DNA from: a bacterium
GTDB lineage: Bacteria; Bacillota_I; Bacilli_A; RFN20; CAG-826
Length of the DNA stretch: 64,000 bases
Assembly: GCA_963633165.1 (NCBI GenBank)
Contig: CAVGXP010000038.1
Span: forward strand, 56,290 to 120,289
Reading direction: 5' to 3'
Notes under the pieces: model-generated
Told to the model about the DNA's origin: nothing
Seen by the model: only the letters and a program-made list of their open reading frames with translations
Databases searched by the model: none
Position numbers and translations under genes: made by a program
In this document: positions 27,181-37,379 of the stretch, in pieces
Numbering within the stretch: the stretch's first letter is position 1
How the letters are laid out: every line of letters begins with the position of its first letter

Positions 27181-28065
27181 CTATTTCCTGGAGGAATAGC
27201 GGTCAAAGGCTTCCAAAATTCGCCTTGTGGAGACGTGAGTATAGATTTGCGTCGTCGATAAATGGGCGTGCCCAAGCATTTCCTGCACGGCGCGCAGCTC
27301 GGCTCCGTTTTCTAAAAGGTGAGTCGCGAAGCAATGCCGCAGGGTATGGGGCGAAACAACGGTGTCGATGCCGGCCTGGAGGGCGTATTTCTTCACCTGC
27401 ATGAAAAAATAATTACGGCTGATGGGCTCGCCACGGAGATTGAGGAAAATCTCCTTCTTTTTCCTTCCTTTGTTCTTGCTTCTGAAAGCGTGGATGTAAG
27501 ATTGCAACCACTCCAAGGCGAATGGAGAAATCGGGACGGTCCTTTGCTTGTTTCCTTTGCCTTTTTTGACGGTGATGAGACGGTTTTCGACATTGACTTG
27601 GCTTAATGTCAAGGCGCAGAGCTCAGAGACGCGGAGACCGGTCGCATACATTGTTTCAAGCATTGCTTTGTCTCTGCTTCCGGATTCTTTGCTGGTGTCG
27701 GGGGCGTCTAGCAATCTCTCAACTTCCTCGAAGGATAAAATCACGGGGAGGCTTCTTTCTTCTTTGGGGCGTTCGAGGTGATCTGGAGCGAAAGCAATGA
27801 TGCCCCTTCGGTTAAGGAAAAGATAGAAATTGAACAACGTCGAAAGCCTTCTAGCGATGCTAGCAGAACTCCTTTCTTTTTCTCCTTCCTTCAAAGCGAA
27901 ATCATAGAGATCGCTTTCAAGGAAATCCTCGGTCGTTTTCTTTTCGGGAAAGTCCTTCAAAAAGACGTTGAGGTCATCGCTATAATCCTTCACCGTGCTG
28001 TTGCTTAGGCCTTTTGAGGAGGTGAGATAGGTGAAATAATCCATGATGGCGTCTTCGATTTCCAT
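27181..28065 (-). CDS. xerD: Tyrosine recombinase XerD/XerC family (chromosome dimer resolution)
   Basis: N-terminal core-binding domain and C-terminal R..HxxR..Y catalytic set (HTLRHCFATHLLENGAELRAVQEMLGHAHLSTTQIYTHV). No phage genes flank it. The XerD versus XerC assignment is tentative. Confidence 0.6.
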   Translation of the reverse strand: MEIEDAIMDYFTYLTSSKGLSNSTVKDYSDDLNVFLKDFPEKKTTEDFLESDLYDFALKEGEKERSSASIARRLSTLFNFYLFLNRRGIIAFAPDHLERPKEERSLPVILSFEEVERLLDAPDTSKESGSRDKAMLETMYATGLRVSELCALTLSQVNVENRLITVKKGKGNKQRTVPISPFALEWLQSYIHAFRSKNKGRKKKEIFLNLRGEPISRNYFFMQVKKYALQAGIDTVVSPHTLRHCFATHLLENGAELRAVQEMLGHAHLSTTQIYTHVSTRRILEAFDRYSSRK

Positions 28066-29262
28066 TTATCTCTCCTTTTTCTTCTCGGTTTGGGACGCTC
28101 TTTTGAGCATCGGCTTATCCATTTTCCGGTTAAGCGATTCAATCAGCAATTTCGTCGCGTCTTTCTTTTCGTAATCCTCGTAATTCCACAAGCTCATCTG
28201 GACGCTTTCTTTCTCCGGGTCGATGAGCTTGGTCAAAGTGATTCCGACTTGGCGGATCAAAGGATGGCCTAGTTTCCCCATCAATTCTTCGAAAAGGCCT
28301 TTAGCTTCGTTAGTTATCAATTCCTCGCTAGAGGTGGATTCAGCCAACATCTTGGCTTTGCTATGGAGTTTAAAGTCGGTGGTTTTGACGTTTACGGTGA
28401 TTCCTTTTCCTTCTTTGCCTTCTTTTCTGGCCCTTAAGGATATGGTTCTAGCGATCGAAAAGAGGTTTTCTTTGACCTCTTCGTAGGTTTGGCAGTCCCT
28501 AGGCAGGGTTTCCTGAGCCCCGATGGATTTGGCTTCGTCTTCGAGGAGAGAAACCTCATCGCTTCCTTTGCCTTGCACCCATTCTTTCGCGGTTATATAG
28601 AACTTTCCAAGCTCTTTAATCAGCAAAGGGTCGTCTTGCTCGGCTTTTTTGGCGAAGTCCCCTATCGTGAGGATGCCGATTTCCCTAAGCCTAGGGCTGG
28701 TCTTTTTCCCGATTCCCCAGAAGGATTCGATGGGGAGAGGATAGAGAATCTCGGGGATGTCTTTTCTCCGCAATATGGTGAGGCCCATTGGCTTCCTTAA
28801 ATCAGAGGCCATTTTAGCGAGCCATTTCGTGGGAGCGACGCCGATGGAGCAGCCTAATCCGGTTTCTTTTTTAAGTTCGGCCTGAAGAGAAAGGAAAAAA
28901 CCATAGGGATCCTCTTTCCCTTTTAACGCCAAAGTCATATCCGCGTATCCTTCATCGATAGAAGCCGGTTCGACAAGAGGTGTGAATCGCCTTAGATAAT
29001 AGAAAAAGGAAGTCGACATCATCGAGTAATAATCCATATCTACGGGAAGCACCTTCGCCTTGGGGCAAAGTCGCTCTGCCTGGAACATCGGCTGTCCGCT
29101 GTGGCAACCATATTTTCTTGCTTCATAGCTTGCCGTGGAAACGATGCCAGAACGCCCAGAATGCCCGATAAGCAAAGGAACGCCCTTAAGGCTAGGATCT
29201 CTGACGACTTCGCAAGAGGCGAAAAAGGCGTTTAAGTCGATGTGCATGATGACTTTGGCCAT
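28066..29262 (-). CDS. dinB: DNA polymerase IV (DinB, Y-family)
   Basis: IMHIDLNAFFASCEVVRDPSLKGVPLLIG N-terminus with the catalytic D/E residues and Y-family palm/little-finger regions. Confidence 0.85.
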   Translation of the reverse strand: MAKVIMHIDLNAFFASCEVVRDPSLKGVPLLIGHSGRSGIVSTASYEARKYGCHSGQPMFQAERLCPKAKVLPVDMDYYSMMSTSFFYYLRRFTPLVEPASIDEGYADMTLALKGKEDPYGFFLSLQAELKKETGLGCSIGVAPTKWLAKMASDLRKPMGLTILRRKDIPEILYPLPIESFWGIGKKTSPRLREIGILTIGDFAKKAEQDDPLLIKELGKFYITAKEWVQGKGSDEVSLLEDEAKSIGAQETLPRDCQTYEEVKENLFSIARTISLRARKEGKEGKGITVNVKTTDFKLHSKAKMLAESTSSEELITNEAKGLFEELMGKLGHPLIRQVGITLTKLIDPEKESVQMSLWNYEDYEKKDATKLLIESLNRKMDKPMLKRASQTEKKKER

Positions 29263-29319
29263 GAAATTATTTTATCCAATGCTTCCCGTTATGTTAACTA
29301 ATTTCTCTTTTTAAAAGAA

Positions 29320-31194
29320 TCAGTCGACCATCTTAAGAACCTGCTCGTAAGCTTGGTCTAGGCCGCAATTAGAATCTTCCAATTGATTGGCGAGGCTATC
29401 GTAAGGGATAAATTCGTTTTTGATGCTTAAAGAGACGACCTTGCCTTTATAGGAAAGTTTCATCAAGGAGGCAAGCAGGCTTTGGCAGAAACCTTCTTCG
29501 GTTCCATAAGGGTCATAAATGAGAATGGAATCGTAACAAAGGAGCTTCTTGACCTCGTTTTCCAAAACCGGATTCAAATAAACCGGATCGAAGAAAGAAC
29601 AGGCAATGTTGTTTTCATGCAGCTTCAAACGTAGCTGCTCGCCTAAAGGGCCAACGCCAACGACGACGGTTTTGGCGTTAGGATATTGGAAACCTCTCCA
29701 ACAAAACGAAGGCAAATAAGAGGATTTGATTTCTTCGGGCTTTGGTAGAGATACACCAGGATAACGAATCGCGAAAACGCCGTTGTAATCGAAGGATTTA
29801 TCAAACAAAGCCTTCGCGACATCCGGGGTTGAGGGCATGGAAACGACAACATGCGGAATCGATTTGAGGAAAGCTTCATCGTAGATGCCTTGATGGGTTT
29901 CGCCGTTTTTCCCCACCAGCCCAGCGCGATCGATAAGCAGCGTCAAATTGGCACCCATTCTGGCGCAGTCGTGGGAAATCTCGTCGTATGCGCGTTGCAT
30001 GAAACTCGAGTAAATAGAGACGATGGGCTTTTTACCAGTCAACGACAAGGCACCGGCGAAAGTCAAGGCGTGCTCCTCGGCGATTCCTACATCGAGGCAG
30101 CGGCCTTTGTAAGTCGCATAAGCGTGCTCAAGCTCAGAGCCTTTTAAAGTCGCGGGAGTAATCAAAACGGTTTCTTCGTCTTCCTTCATTTTATCTTCAA
30201 TGAAGGAAGCAAAAAGAGCGGACCAGCTGATGGAAGATGCGTTTTCCTCTTTCTCAAGCCCCTTGTTTAAGTCAAATGGAGGAACGGAATGGTAATCCCC
30301 GGTCTTGTCCGCTTCGGCTAAGGGATAGCCTTTCCCTTTAATGGTGTGGCAATGAATAAGCACGGATTTCGTCGTGTTTTTAGCCGATTTGAATGCTTTT
30401 TCGAGCGCTCTTTGGTTATGCCCGTCCACAGGCCCGATATAGGTGAAGCCCATGTTGTCGAACATCGTTATCGGAACAAGACGAGATTTCAGCGCTCTTT
30501 TAAAACGCGCGGAGAAATCGTAGATTTTTCGCCCCGCGACGGTTCTATATAAGACGCGCATATAGCCTTTTTTGGCTTTGTTGTAGATTTTGCCCGTGGA
30601 GATGCGACGGAAGAACTTCCCCGCGCCACCGATGGGTTTAGAAATCGACATGGCGTTGTCGTTTAGGATAACGATGACTTTGTTCGATCTTTCCCCAATG
30701 TTGTTCAACGCCTCGAAGCTCAAGCCATTGACGATGGAGGCGTCTCCGACGACGGCGATGACGTTGTAATTCTCTTTTCTGGAATCTCTAGCGTAGGCAA
30801 AAGCTTCCGCGGCCGACAAAGCCGTTGAACTATGGCCGGCATCATAGGGGTCGTAAATGGACTCTTTGCGGTTCTGGAACCCGTTTGTATGTCCTTTTTC
30901 GTTAAGATGCTCGAGGCTTCTGCCGGTTAGGAGCTTATGCGCGTAGCATTGGTGGCCGACGTCGAAGATAAGTTTGTCTTTTGGGAAGTCGAAAACCCGG
31001 TGCAACGCCAAGGTGATCTCGATGTCGCCGAGGTTGCTCGAAAGGTGCCCTCCATAGGTGGAGGTGATCCGAAGAATCTCTTCGCGAAGAGCCTTCGCAA
31101 GACGCTTCAAGTCTTTGTAGTCGAGCGTTTTTAAAAAAGATGGGTCTTTAATGTCATTTATATTAATTGTTTCGACGCCGTCTTTCTTTTTCAT
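29320..31194 (-). CDS. dxs: 1-deoxy-D-xylulose-5-phosphate synthase
   Basis: ThDP-binding GHLSSNLGDIEITLALH.. and DVGHQCYAHKLLTGR; 624 aa. No obvious SD; the ATG is directly preceded by TTTAGTAGTTTATTAGTAT. Confidence 0.9.
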   Translation of the reverse strand: MKKKDGVETININDIKDPSFLKTLDYKDLKRLAKALREEILRITSTYGGHLSSNLGDIEITLALHRVFDFPKDKLIFDVGHQCYAHKLLTGRSLEHLNEKGHTNGFQNRKESIYDPYDAGHSSTALSAAEAFAYARDSRKENYNVIAVVGDASIVNGLSFEALNNIGERSNKVIVILNDNAMSISKPIGGAGKFFRRISTGKIYNKAKKGYMRVLYRTVAGRKIYDFSARFKRALKSRLVPITMFDNMGFTYIGPVDGHNQRALEKAFKSAKNTTKSVLIHCHTIKGKGYPLAEADKTGDYHSVPPFDLNKGLEKEENASSISWSALFASFIEDKMKEDEETVLITPATLKGSELEHAYATYKGRCLDVGIAEEHALTFAGALSLTGKKPIVSIYSSFMQRAYDEISHDCARMGANLTLLIDRAGLVGKNGETHQGIYDEAFLKSIPHVVVSMPSTPDVAKALFDKSFDYNGVFAIRYPGVSLPKPEEIKSSYLPSFCWRGFQYPNAKTVVVGVGPLGEQLRLKLHENNIACSFFDPVYLNPVLENEVKKLLCYDSILIYDPYGTEEGFCQSLLASLMKLSYKGKVVSLSIKNEFIPYDSLANQLEDSNCGLDQAYEQVLKMVD

Positions 31195-31216
31195 ATACTA
31201 ATAAACTACTAAAATC

Positions 31217-31426
31217 TTACTTTAAGTCTTCAGCTCCAACGTTCATTTCGCCAATCTTTTTCTCGGCTTCTGAAAGTGCGTTTTGAAGTTCGGATATGAG
31301 CTTCTTACCTTCTTGATAAAGGCTCACCATCTCTTCCAAAGGCAAAGGATCGCCCTCGATTTTGGACACGATTTCGTTGAGGCGATTCAGCTTCTCCTCA
31401 AAGGTTTTTTGTTCTTTATCAGGCAT
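31217..31426 (-). CDS. xseB: Exodeoxyribonuclease VII small subunit
   Basis: 69-aa coiled-coil protein (FEEKLNRLNEIVSKIEGDPLPLEEMVSLYQEGKKL) directly downstream of xseA. Confidence 0.85.
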   Translation of the reverse strand: MPDKEQKTFEEKLNRLNEIVSKIEGDPLPLEEMVSLYQEGKKLISELQNALSEAEKKIGEMNVGAEDLK

Positions 31427-32699
31427 CGTTAGACTCCTTTTCGACGATTTTCGATGTGATTATACCATCCTTGAATCTTGTTTTGATGACTTGGCCCTGC
31501 TTAAGGTCTTTCACTCTTTGAACGGGTTTCCCAGTTTCATCGGTGGTCATCGAATACCCTCTATTTAAGACGGCCTCTGGATTTAGCGACTCTAGTTTTG
31601 CTTCTAGGCCAAGCAAAGGCGAAGACATCCTTTCTAGGGCGTTTCTATAGGCTGGATTGATCCTTGACGCTAACGCCATCATCTTCTCTTTTCTCAAGGC
31701 AAGGTAATTCTTATAGGCGTTATCGATGTTTTTCTCTAGCGAAGCAATCTTTTCTTTCTGCGAATCGTAAATTTTGCTCGGATCCTTGAAATAAGGCCTT
31801 TGCGATAGTTGGGCCAAGTTTTGCCGCAAGGAGGAAATTCGATAGTTTAAAGCGTAATCCAGCCTGCTAGAGGCATCGTCTAAGGCTTGGTAAACTTCGT
31901 TTTTGTCTGGCGTTGCTTTCACCGCGGCGGCCGTTGGAGTCGATACTCGGCAATCGGCGACGAAATCAATCAAGGTCACGTCGATTTCATGTCCTACGGC
32001 GGCGATGACGGGCACGTTGCAGGAAGCAACGTCTCGGACGAGCGCTTCGTCATTGAAGGCGCTTAAATCCTCGCTGCTGCCGCCTCCTCGTCCGATGATA
32101 AGAGTGTCCGGATTCACTGAAATGGCTTCTTTCAATGCTTCTTTAAGCGAGGCGGGCGCGCTTTCGCCTTGGACAATCGCGGGAAAGACGAAAACCTCGG
32201 CCAAGGGCCATCTTTTGGCTAAATTGACGCGGATATCCTTAAGTCCCGCGCTGCCAGCCCCGGCGATGACGGCGATCCTATTTGGGAAAGCGGGTATCTG
32301 CTTCTTTCGGCTTTCATCGAAAAGCCCTTCTTTCCTAAGCTTTTCGGCAAGGAGGCGAAGATTTCTTAAAGCGTCCCCTTGTCCGACCATTTCGATTGAA
32401 AAAGCGCAGACTTGGTAGCTTCCCCGCGCCGTGAAAACGCTGACTTTGCCTCTAACGTGGACTTTGTCTCCGTTTTTTGGAACGAATTTCAACGTTGGGA
32501 CATAACTTTTCCACATCACCGCGGATACGATGGACTTCTCATCCTTTAACGAAAAGTAGATATGCCCGGAGGGGTAGGCTTTGAAATTTGAAATTTCCCC
32601 CTCAAGGAAGACGTGCGAGAGCTCGTAATCGTTCTCTAGACGGTCTTGAATCATTTCGTTGAGATCCGTGACGGAGAGGTAACTTCTTGTTTCGTTCAT
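31419..32699 (-). CDS. xseA: Exodeoxyribonuclease VII large subunit
   Basis: N-terminal OB fold (LSVTDLNEMIQDRLE..VFLEGEISNFKAYPSGHIYFSLKD) and catalytic domain; 426 aa. Overlaps xseB. Confidence 0.9.
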   Translation of the reverse strand: MNETRSYLSVTDLNEMIQDRLENDYELSHVFLEGEISNFKAYPSGHIYFSLKDEKSIVSAVMWKSYVPTLKFVPKNGDKVHVRGKVSVFTARGSYQVCAFSIEMVGQGDALRNLRLLAEKLRKEGLFDESRKKQIPAFPNRIAVIAGAGSAGLKDIRVNLAKRWPLAEVFVFPAIVQGESAPASLKEALKEAISVNPDTLIIGRGGGSSEDLSAFNDEALVRDVASCNVPVIAAVGHEIDVTLIDFVADCRVSTPTAAAVKATPDKNEVYQALDDASSRLDYALNYRISSLRQNLAQLSQRPYFKDPSKIYDSQKEKIASLEKNIDNAYKNYLALRKEKMMALASRINPAYRNALERMSSPLLGLEAKLESLNPEAVLNRGYSMTTDETGKPVQRVKDLKQGQVIKTRFKDGIITSKIVEKESNDA

Positions 32700-33142
32700 G
32701 CCCTCACCAATACATGATCAAGAATCGCGTTGACGAATTTATAATCGCCATCCCCAAGATAGGTTTTGGCTAGCGTTACGGCGACGGAGATGACGACTTT
32801 CTTCGAGACTTCCTTCTCGATCGCGTAGAAATGAACGTAGGCGAGAATCAAAATGGCCTGCTCGACCCTGTTAAGGCGGTCGAAAGTCCACTTCTTCATG
32901 TTCGCGTTGAATTTATCTTTCGCTTCATCGAGGTATTTTATGGCGTATACGGCAGCGGATTTGACGAAAAGATCGCATTCGGAGAAATCCTGTTCTAGCA
33001 AAGAAGAGACGATGCCTTCGACATCGACTTTCTCGCCCATGGAAATATAGGTGAGCTCATCGTAGATCGCGGTCATGGCCGCGCTTTGCAAGGCGTTTCT
33101 TCCGCCTTCTTCCCAGGAAATTTCGTTGCTGTTTTCGTCCAT
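32696..33142 (-). CDS. nusB: Transcription antitermination factor NusB
   Basis: NusB fold (RNALQSAAMTAIYDEL...) of about 148 aa, overlapping the xseA start as in the B. subtilis nusB-(folD)-xseA operon; folD is absent. Confidence 0.8.
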   Translation of the reverse strand: MDENSNEISWEEGGRNALQSAAMTAIYDELTYISMGEKVDVEGIVSSLLEQDFSECDLFVKSAAVYAIKYLDEAKDKFNANMKKWTFDRLNRVEQAILILAYVHFYAIEKEVSKKVVISVAVTLAKTYLGDGDYKFVNAILDHVLVRA

Positions 33143-33223
33143 AAAAATACGCCTTCTTAGGCCAGGTGGAATAATAGCACAGTTCCGCTTCCTTTTGCAG
33201 GAATTCTTCTTCTCCTTTTCCCC

Positions 33224-33250
33224 ATGAAAAAAGCCCGGAATACCCGGGCT
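33224..33250 (-). terminator. Rho-independent terminator after the asp23-family gene
   Basis: On the minus strand: AGCCCGGGTATTCCGGGCT followed by TTTTTT. Confidence 0.65.
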
Positions 33251-33259
33251 AGTAGATTA

Positions 33260-33601
33260 TTAAGCAAGGGACACGACGTGGACGTGGATCTCGTTGGGGA
33301 CGGCTTCGATCATCATCGAGAGGTTCGTCGCGATCTCTTTCTGTAATTTCAGGCAGATGTCTTTGACCTTGGAATCTCCTGGCAAGGCAACGTCGACGGA
33401 GATGCGGATCTTGCCTTCGCCAGTTATGGATATCCTTAGGGGGTTCTCGATCGTGAAGATGCGTTTCTTCCCCTTCTTTGGGCTAGGGGAAGCCCCAGTG
33501 AGGTTATAAACGGACCTTTCCACGATGGCCGCGATGGCCTTTTTGGAGATGGAGAGTTTCCCCAAAGAGGAATAATTGTTGATCGGGAGGTAATCGCTCA
33601 T
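33260..33601 (-). CDS. Asp23/Gls24-family (alkaline shock) protein
   Basis: 113-aa Asp23 family (ISKKAIAAIVERSVYNLTG...) upstream of nusB, like B. subtilis yqhY. Confidence 0.75.
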   Translation of the reverse strand: MSDYLPINNYSSLGKLSISKKAIAAIVERSVYNLTGASPSPKKGKKRIFTIENPLRISITGEGKIRISVDVALPGDSKVKDICLKLQKEIATNLSMMIEAVPNEIHVHVVSLA

Positions 33602-33605
33602 GGGC

Positions 33606-35576
33606 TTATTTTACCATCGAGGCGATTTTTTCGGCTACCTTTTCAGGCGTGAAGCCGAAATCGGCGAGCACGTCCTCCGCTTTTCCGCTTTCGCCAAAGC
33701 CATCGACGCCGATATTGTGCTCGGCGTAGCGCCCCCAAAGGGCCGTCGAGCCCATTTCTAGGGAAACGCGCTTATTGTAAGGGGAAGAGAGGATTTGCTG
33801 CTTGTAGGAAGATTCTTGAGCTTGGAAATTCTCTAGGCAAGGCAAGGAGACGACGCTAGCGGAAATGCCTTTCTCAAGCAAGATGTCCGCGGCTTCCAAG
33901 GCGAGGGAGACTTCGCTACCCGTCGCTAAGATTTCAATGTCTTCCTTTTCTTGCTTCCTGACGAAATAGGCACCGCGAGCGACCCCGTCTTCGATCTGCA
34001 CGGGCAAAACGGGTAAGTTCTGGCGGGTCAAGATGAGGCAGGTCGGATTCTTCTTCGAAGAAAGCGCCTCTTTGTAGGCAAGATAAGTCTCATACGCATC
34101 CGCGGGGCGGATGACTTTGACGCCCGGGATTGTCCTAAGCATCGTCAGCTGTTCGATCGGCTGATGGGTGGTCCCGTCTTCACCGACGGCGAGGGAGTCA
34201 TGGGAGAAAAGGTAAATCGCGGGCAATTCCTCCATCGCGGCCATGCGGATGGCGGGCTTGAGGTAATCGGAGAAAATGAGGAAGCATCCCGCGTAAGGTA
34301 AAAGCCCGCCGTGGAGAAGGATGCCGTTCATCGCCCCGGCCATGCCGAATTCGCGGATCCCCCAGTTGACGTTGCGCCCCTCGGGATGGCTGGGGGAGAA
34401 ATCAGTAGCGCCTTTGATATCGGTCTTTACCGAGGCGGCGACGTCTGCCGACCCGCCGAACATGAAGGGTATCTGGTTGAAATAAGAGGCAAGAAGTTTG
34501 CCCGAAGTCGCCCTTGTGGCCTCTTTTTTGGCCTCGAAGGGAATTTCTTTGACGTAAGGAGACCATTCCCTCTTGAACGCGTCGGAGAATAGCTTTGCTT
34601 GTTCGGGGAATTCTTTCTCATAGGCAAGCAAGGCGGATTGATATTCCTCGTAGGCCTTCTCGCCCCTAGCGGCGAAGGTTTCCTTGAAATGAGCGTAGAC
34701 TTCGCTAGGAACGGTCCATTCAGGATAAGTATAGCCGTAAACTTCTTTGGCGTGGCGTCCGTCCTCCGCCCCTAAAGGGGCCCCGTGGGTGGAATGGTCG
34801 CCTTGTTTGGCCGAGCCATAGCCGATCGTCGTGTGAACGATGATGATCGTCGGGTATAGAGGAGATTGCTTGGCTTCCCCTATCGCTTTGGAAATGGCGT
34901 CGACATCGTTGCCGGAATCGACCTCGAGGACATTCCATTCCTCAGCCAAGAAGCGGAGTTTCACCGATTCGGTGAGGGAATTTGAAGTCGGTCCGTCCAA
35001 AGTGGATCCGTTTTCATCGTAAAGGAGAATGAGTTTGTTTAGCTTGAGGTGGCCGGCTAAAGAAATTGCTTCCTGGCTGATGCCCTCTTCCAAGCACCCA
35101 TCGCCGCAAAGGCAATAGGTGTAATGGTCCATGATGCGGGAGCCTTCTTTGTATTGGGCGGCGACGGCTTTTTCGGCGATGGCCATGCCGACGGCTTGGC
35201 TGATCCCCTGCCCCAAAGGCCCGGCGGTGGCGTCAATCCCCGCGGTCAAGGTGACCTCAGGGTGGCCCGGGGTCAAGGAATGGAGCTGGCGGAAGCTCAT
35301 GAGATCCTCAAGGCTAAGAGAATAGCCCGAGAGATGGAGCAAAGAATAGATGAGAGCGCTAGGGTGGCCGGCGCTATAAACGAGGCGGTCACGGTTGACC
35401 CAATCGGGATGCTTGGGATCGGCTTTGAGATGATCGCGGTAAAGGGCGTACATCATCGGAGCGGCGTCTAAAGCCATTCCCGGGTGCCCGGAATTGGCTT
35501 TGTTGATGACGTCGATGATTAGCGAGCGTAGACTTGCCACGCAAAGCGAATCGATGTCGAGATGGGTTTCAGGCAT
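33606..35576 (-). CDS. tkt: Transketolase
   Basis: ThDP motif (NSGHPGMALDAAPMMYALY, CGDGCLEEGISQEA) and 656 aa. Confidence 0.95.
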   Translation of the reverse strand: MPETHLDIDSLCVASLRSLIIDVINKANSGHPGMALDAAPMMYALYRDHLKADPKHPDWVNRDRLVYSAGHPSALIYSLLHLSGYSLSLEDLMSFRQLHSLTPGHPEVTLTAGIDATAGPLGQGISQAVGMAIAEKAVAAQYKEGSRIMDHYTYCLCGDGCLEEGISQEAISLAGHLKLNKLILLYDENGSTLDGPTSNSLTESVKLRFLAEEWNVLEVDSGNDVDAISKAIGEAKQSPLYPTIIIVHTTIGYGSAKQGDHSTHGAPLGAEDGRHAKEVYGYTYPEWTVPSEVYAHFKETFAARGEKAYEEYQSALLAYEKEFPEQAKLFSDAFKREWSPYVKEIPFEAKKEATRATSGKLLASYFNQIPFMFGGSADVAASVKTDIKGATDFSPSHPEGRNVNWGIREFGMAGAMNGILLHGGLLPYAGCFLIFSDYLKPAIRMAAMEELPAIYLFSHDSLAVGEDGTTHQPIEQLTMLRTIPGVKVIRPADAYETYLAYKEALSSKKNPTCLILTRQNLPVLPVQIEDGVARGAYFVRKQEKEDIEILATGSEVSLALEAADILLEKGISASVVSLPCLENFQAQESSYKQQILSSPYNKRVSLEMGSTALWGRYAEHNIGVDGFGESGKAEDVLADFGFTPEKVAEKIASMVK

Positions 35577-35636
35577 ATGTTTCTCCTTTGGATTATTAGT
35601 CGTTTTTAAGTTGTTTTTATATACAAAGTATATAAT

Positions 35637-37379
35637 TTACTCTTCTTCCGTTGTTAACCCAACGAGTTCGAGCTGTTCTTTGGTCACCGGTTGGGGTGCG
35701 TGAGAGAGTGGATCGGAGGCTTGGAGATTCTTCGGGAAGGCCTCGACGTCGCGGATATTGTCGGTTCCGGTGAGTATCATGGCCAAGCGGTCCAATCCGA
35801 AGGCGATGCCGCCATGGGGCGGGCAGCCAAAGCGGAAGGCGTCGATGAACCAGCCGAATTTCTTAGCCACTTCCTCATCGGAGAGGCCGAGGATTTTGAA
35901 GATCTTCCATTGCGTGTCGTGATCGTAGATCCTAAGCGTTCCACCGCCGGCTTCATAGCCGTTGATGACGATGTCATAGGCATAAGCGAGGACTTCCTCC
36001 GGCTTGCTATCGAGCAGAGGCAAGTCTTCGTCGCGAGGACGGGTGAAAGGATGGTGCTCGGCAACGTATTTCCCCTCTTCCCCTTCAACGGGATCAAACA
36101 TCGGGAAATCGACGACCCAGAGCAAATCGTAGGTATTGGGTTTGATGAGGGATAGCTTCTTCGCGAAAAGCGTCCTCAATGCGCCTAAGCCAAAATCGAT
36201 GTCGCGGCGGTCGTTAGCGCTAGCGAATAGAAGCAAATCGTCTTCTTTCAAGCTCAAAGCTTCGATGAGCTTGGCTTTGGTCCCCTCATCGAGGAACTTC
36301 GCAAACGAGCCTTCCAAGACGCCATTTTCAACTTTCAAAGACAAAACGCCTTTGAGCTTGAATTTCCTAGCTTCGAGATTAAGCTCGTCCAAGACTTTCC
36401 TAGACGTTTCTTTGCCTTGATTAGGAACGATGATGCCTTTGATGTATTCTTGGCCCTCAAACCCTTTGAAAGGCACGTCTATTAGCAAGGATTTGAGATC
36501 GTGGATCTCCAGCCCATAGCGCGTATCGGGCTTATCGCTGCCATAGGTGTCCATAGCATCCCAATAAGAGATGCGGCGAAGAGGCAAAGAAACCTCATAG
36601 CCAGCAACGTCTTTGAATATTTTGGCCAAGAAACCCTCATTAAGAGCGAGGATTTCGTCTTGGCTAAGGAAGGAGACTTCCTCGTCGAGCTGAGTGAATT
36701 CAGGCTGCCTATCCGCGCGGAGATCTTCATCGCGGAAACATTTGGCGACTTGGTAATAACGTTCCACTCCGCCGATCATCAATAACTGCTTCCAAAGCTG
36801 CGGAGATTGAGGGAGAGCATAGAATGACCCATGATGGACGCGGCTAGGGACGAGATACTCCTTGGCTCCTTCTGGAGAAGAAACGTTAAGGGCGGGCGTA
36901 TCGACTTCAAGAAAGCCGCGCTCATCGAAATATTCATGGAAATCCTTGACGATTTTGGCCCTGGCTTTCAGTTTGTTGAGGATATAGGGCCTGCGGATGT
37001 CAAGATAGCGGTATTGAAGCCTGGTCTCCTCCAAGGCGTCGGTTTTGTCGGCGATGATGAAAGGGGTCGTTTCCGCTTTGTTGAAAACGGTGATCTCGGA
37101 GACAATGACCTCCACTTCCCCGGTCTTCAAAGCGGGATTAGGATCTTTCTTCAAAGCAACCTTCCCCTTGGCTTGGATGACGTATTCGCTTCTGACGTCA
37201 GGAATTGAGTCGGGATCATTAACGGTGAGCTGGACGATGCCCGTGCTGTCACGCAGATCGATGAATTCGATGCCGCCGAGCTTTCTTACCTTCGCGGCCC
37301 ATCCGCACAAGGCGACCTCGCGCCCGGCGTCTTCCTTACGGAGATTGCCGTTATAATCACTTCTTTCGATGCTTTTCAT
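35637..37379 (-). CDS. aspS: Aspartate--tRNA ligase
   Basis: Class IIb aaRS with N-terminal OB fold (VALCGWAAKVRKLGGIEFIDLRDSTGIVQ) and motifs 2/3 (FRDEDLRADRQPEFTQLD; GGIAFGLDRL). Start taken at MKSIER, whose ATG overlaps the hisS TGA (ATGA). Confidence 0.9.
   Translation of the reverse strand: MKSIERSDYNGNLRKEDAGREVALCGWAAKVRKLGGIEFIDLRDSTGIVQLTVNDPDSIPDVRSEYVIQAKGKVALKKDPNPALKTGEVEVIVSEITVFNKAETTPFIIADKTDALEETRLQYRYLDIRRPYILNKLKARAKIVKDFHEYFDERGFLEVDTPALNVSSPEGAKEYLVPSRVHHGSFYALPQSPQLWKQLLMIGGVERYYQVAKCFRDEDLRADRQPEFTQLDEEVSFLSQDEILALNEGFLAKIFKDVAGYEVSLPLRRISYWDAMDTYGSDKPDTRYGLEIHDLKSLLIDVPFKGFEGQEYIKGIIVPNQGKETSRKVLDELNLEARKFKLKGVLSLKVENGVLEGSFAKFLDEGTKAKLIEALSLKEDDLLLFASANDRRDIDFGLGALRTLFAKKLSLIKPNTYDLLWVVDFPMFDPVEGEEGKYVAEHHPFTRPRDEDLPLLDSKPEEVLAYAYDIVINGYEAGGGTLRIYDHDTQWKIFKILGLSDEEVAKKFGWFIDAFRFGCPPHGGIAFGLDRLAMILTGTDNIRDVEAFPKNLQASDPLSHAPQPVTKEQLELVGLTTEEE

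Noticed and set aside
27181-28065. Tyrosine recombinase as a marker of a prophage or integrative element
   Set aside because: Flanking genes are housekeeping (deoB, dinB, dxs), there are no phage or transposase genes and no repeats flank it, and the protein has the XerC/D core-binding plus catalytic architecture. It is a chromosomal dimer-resolution recombinase.
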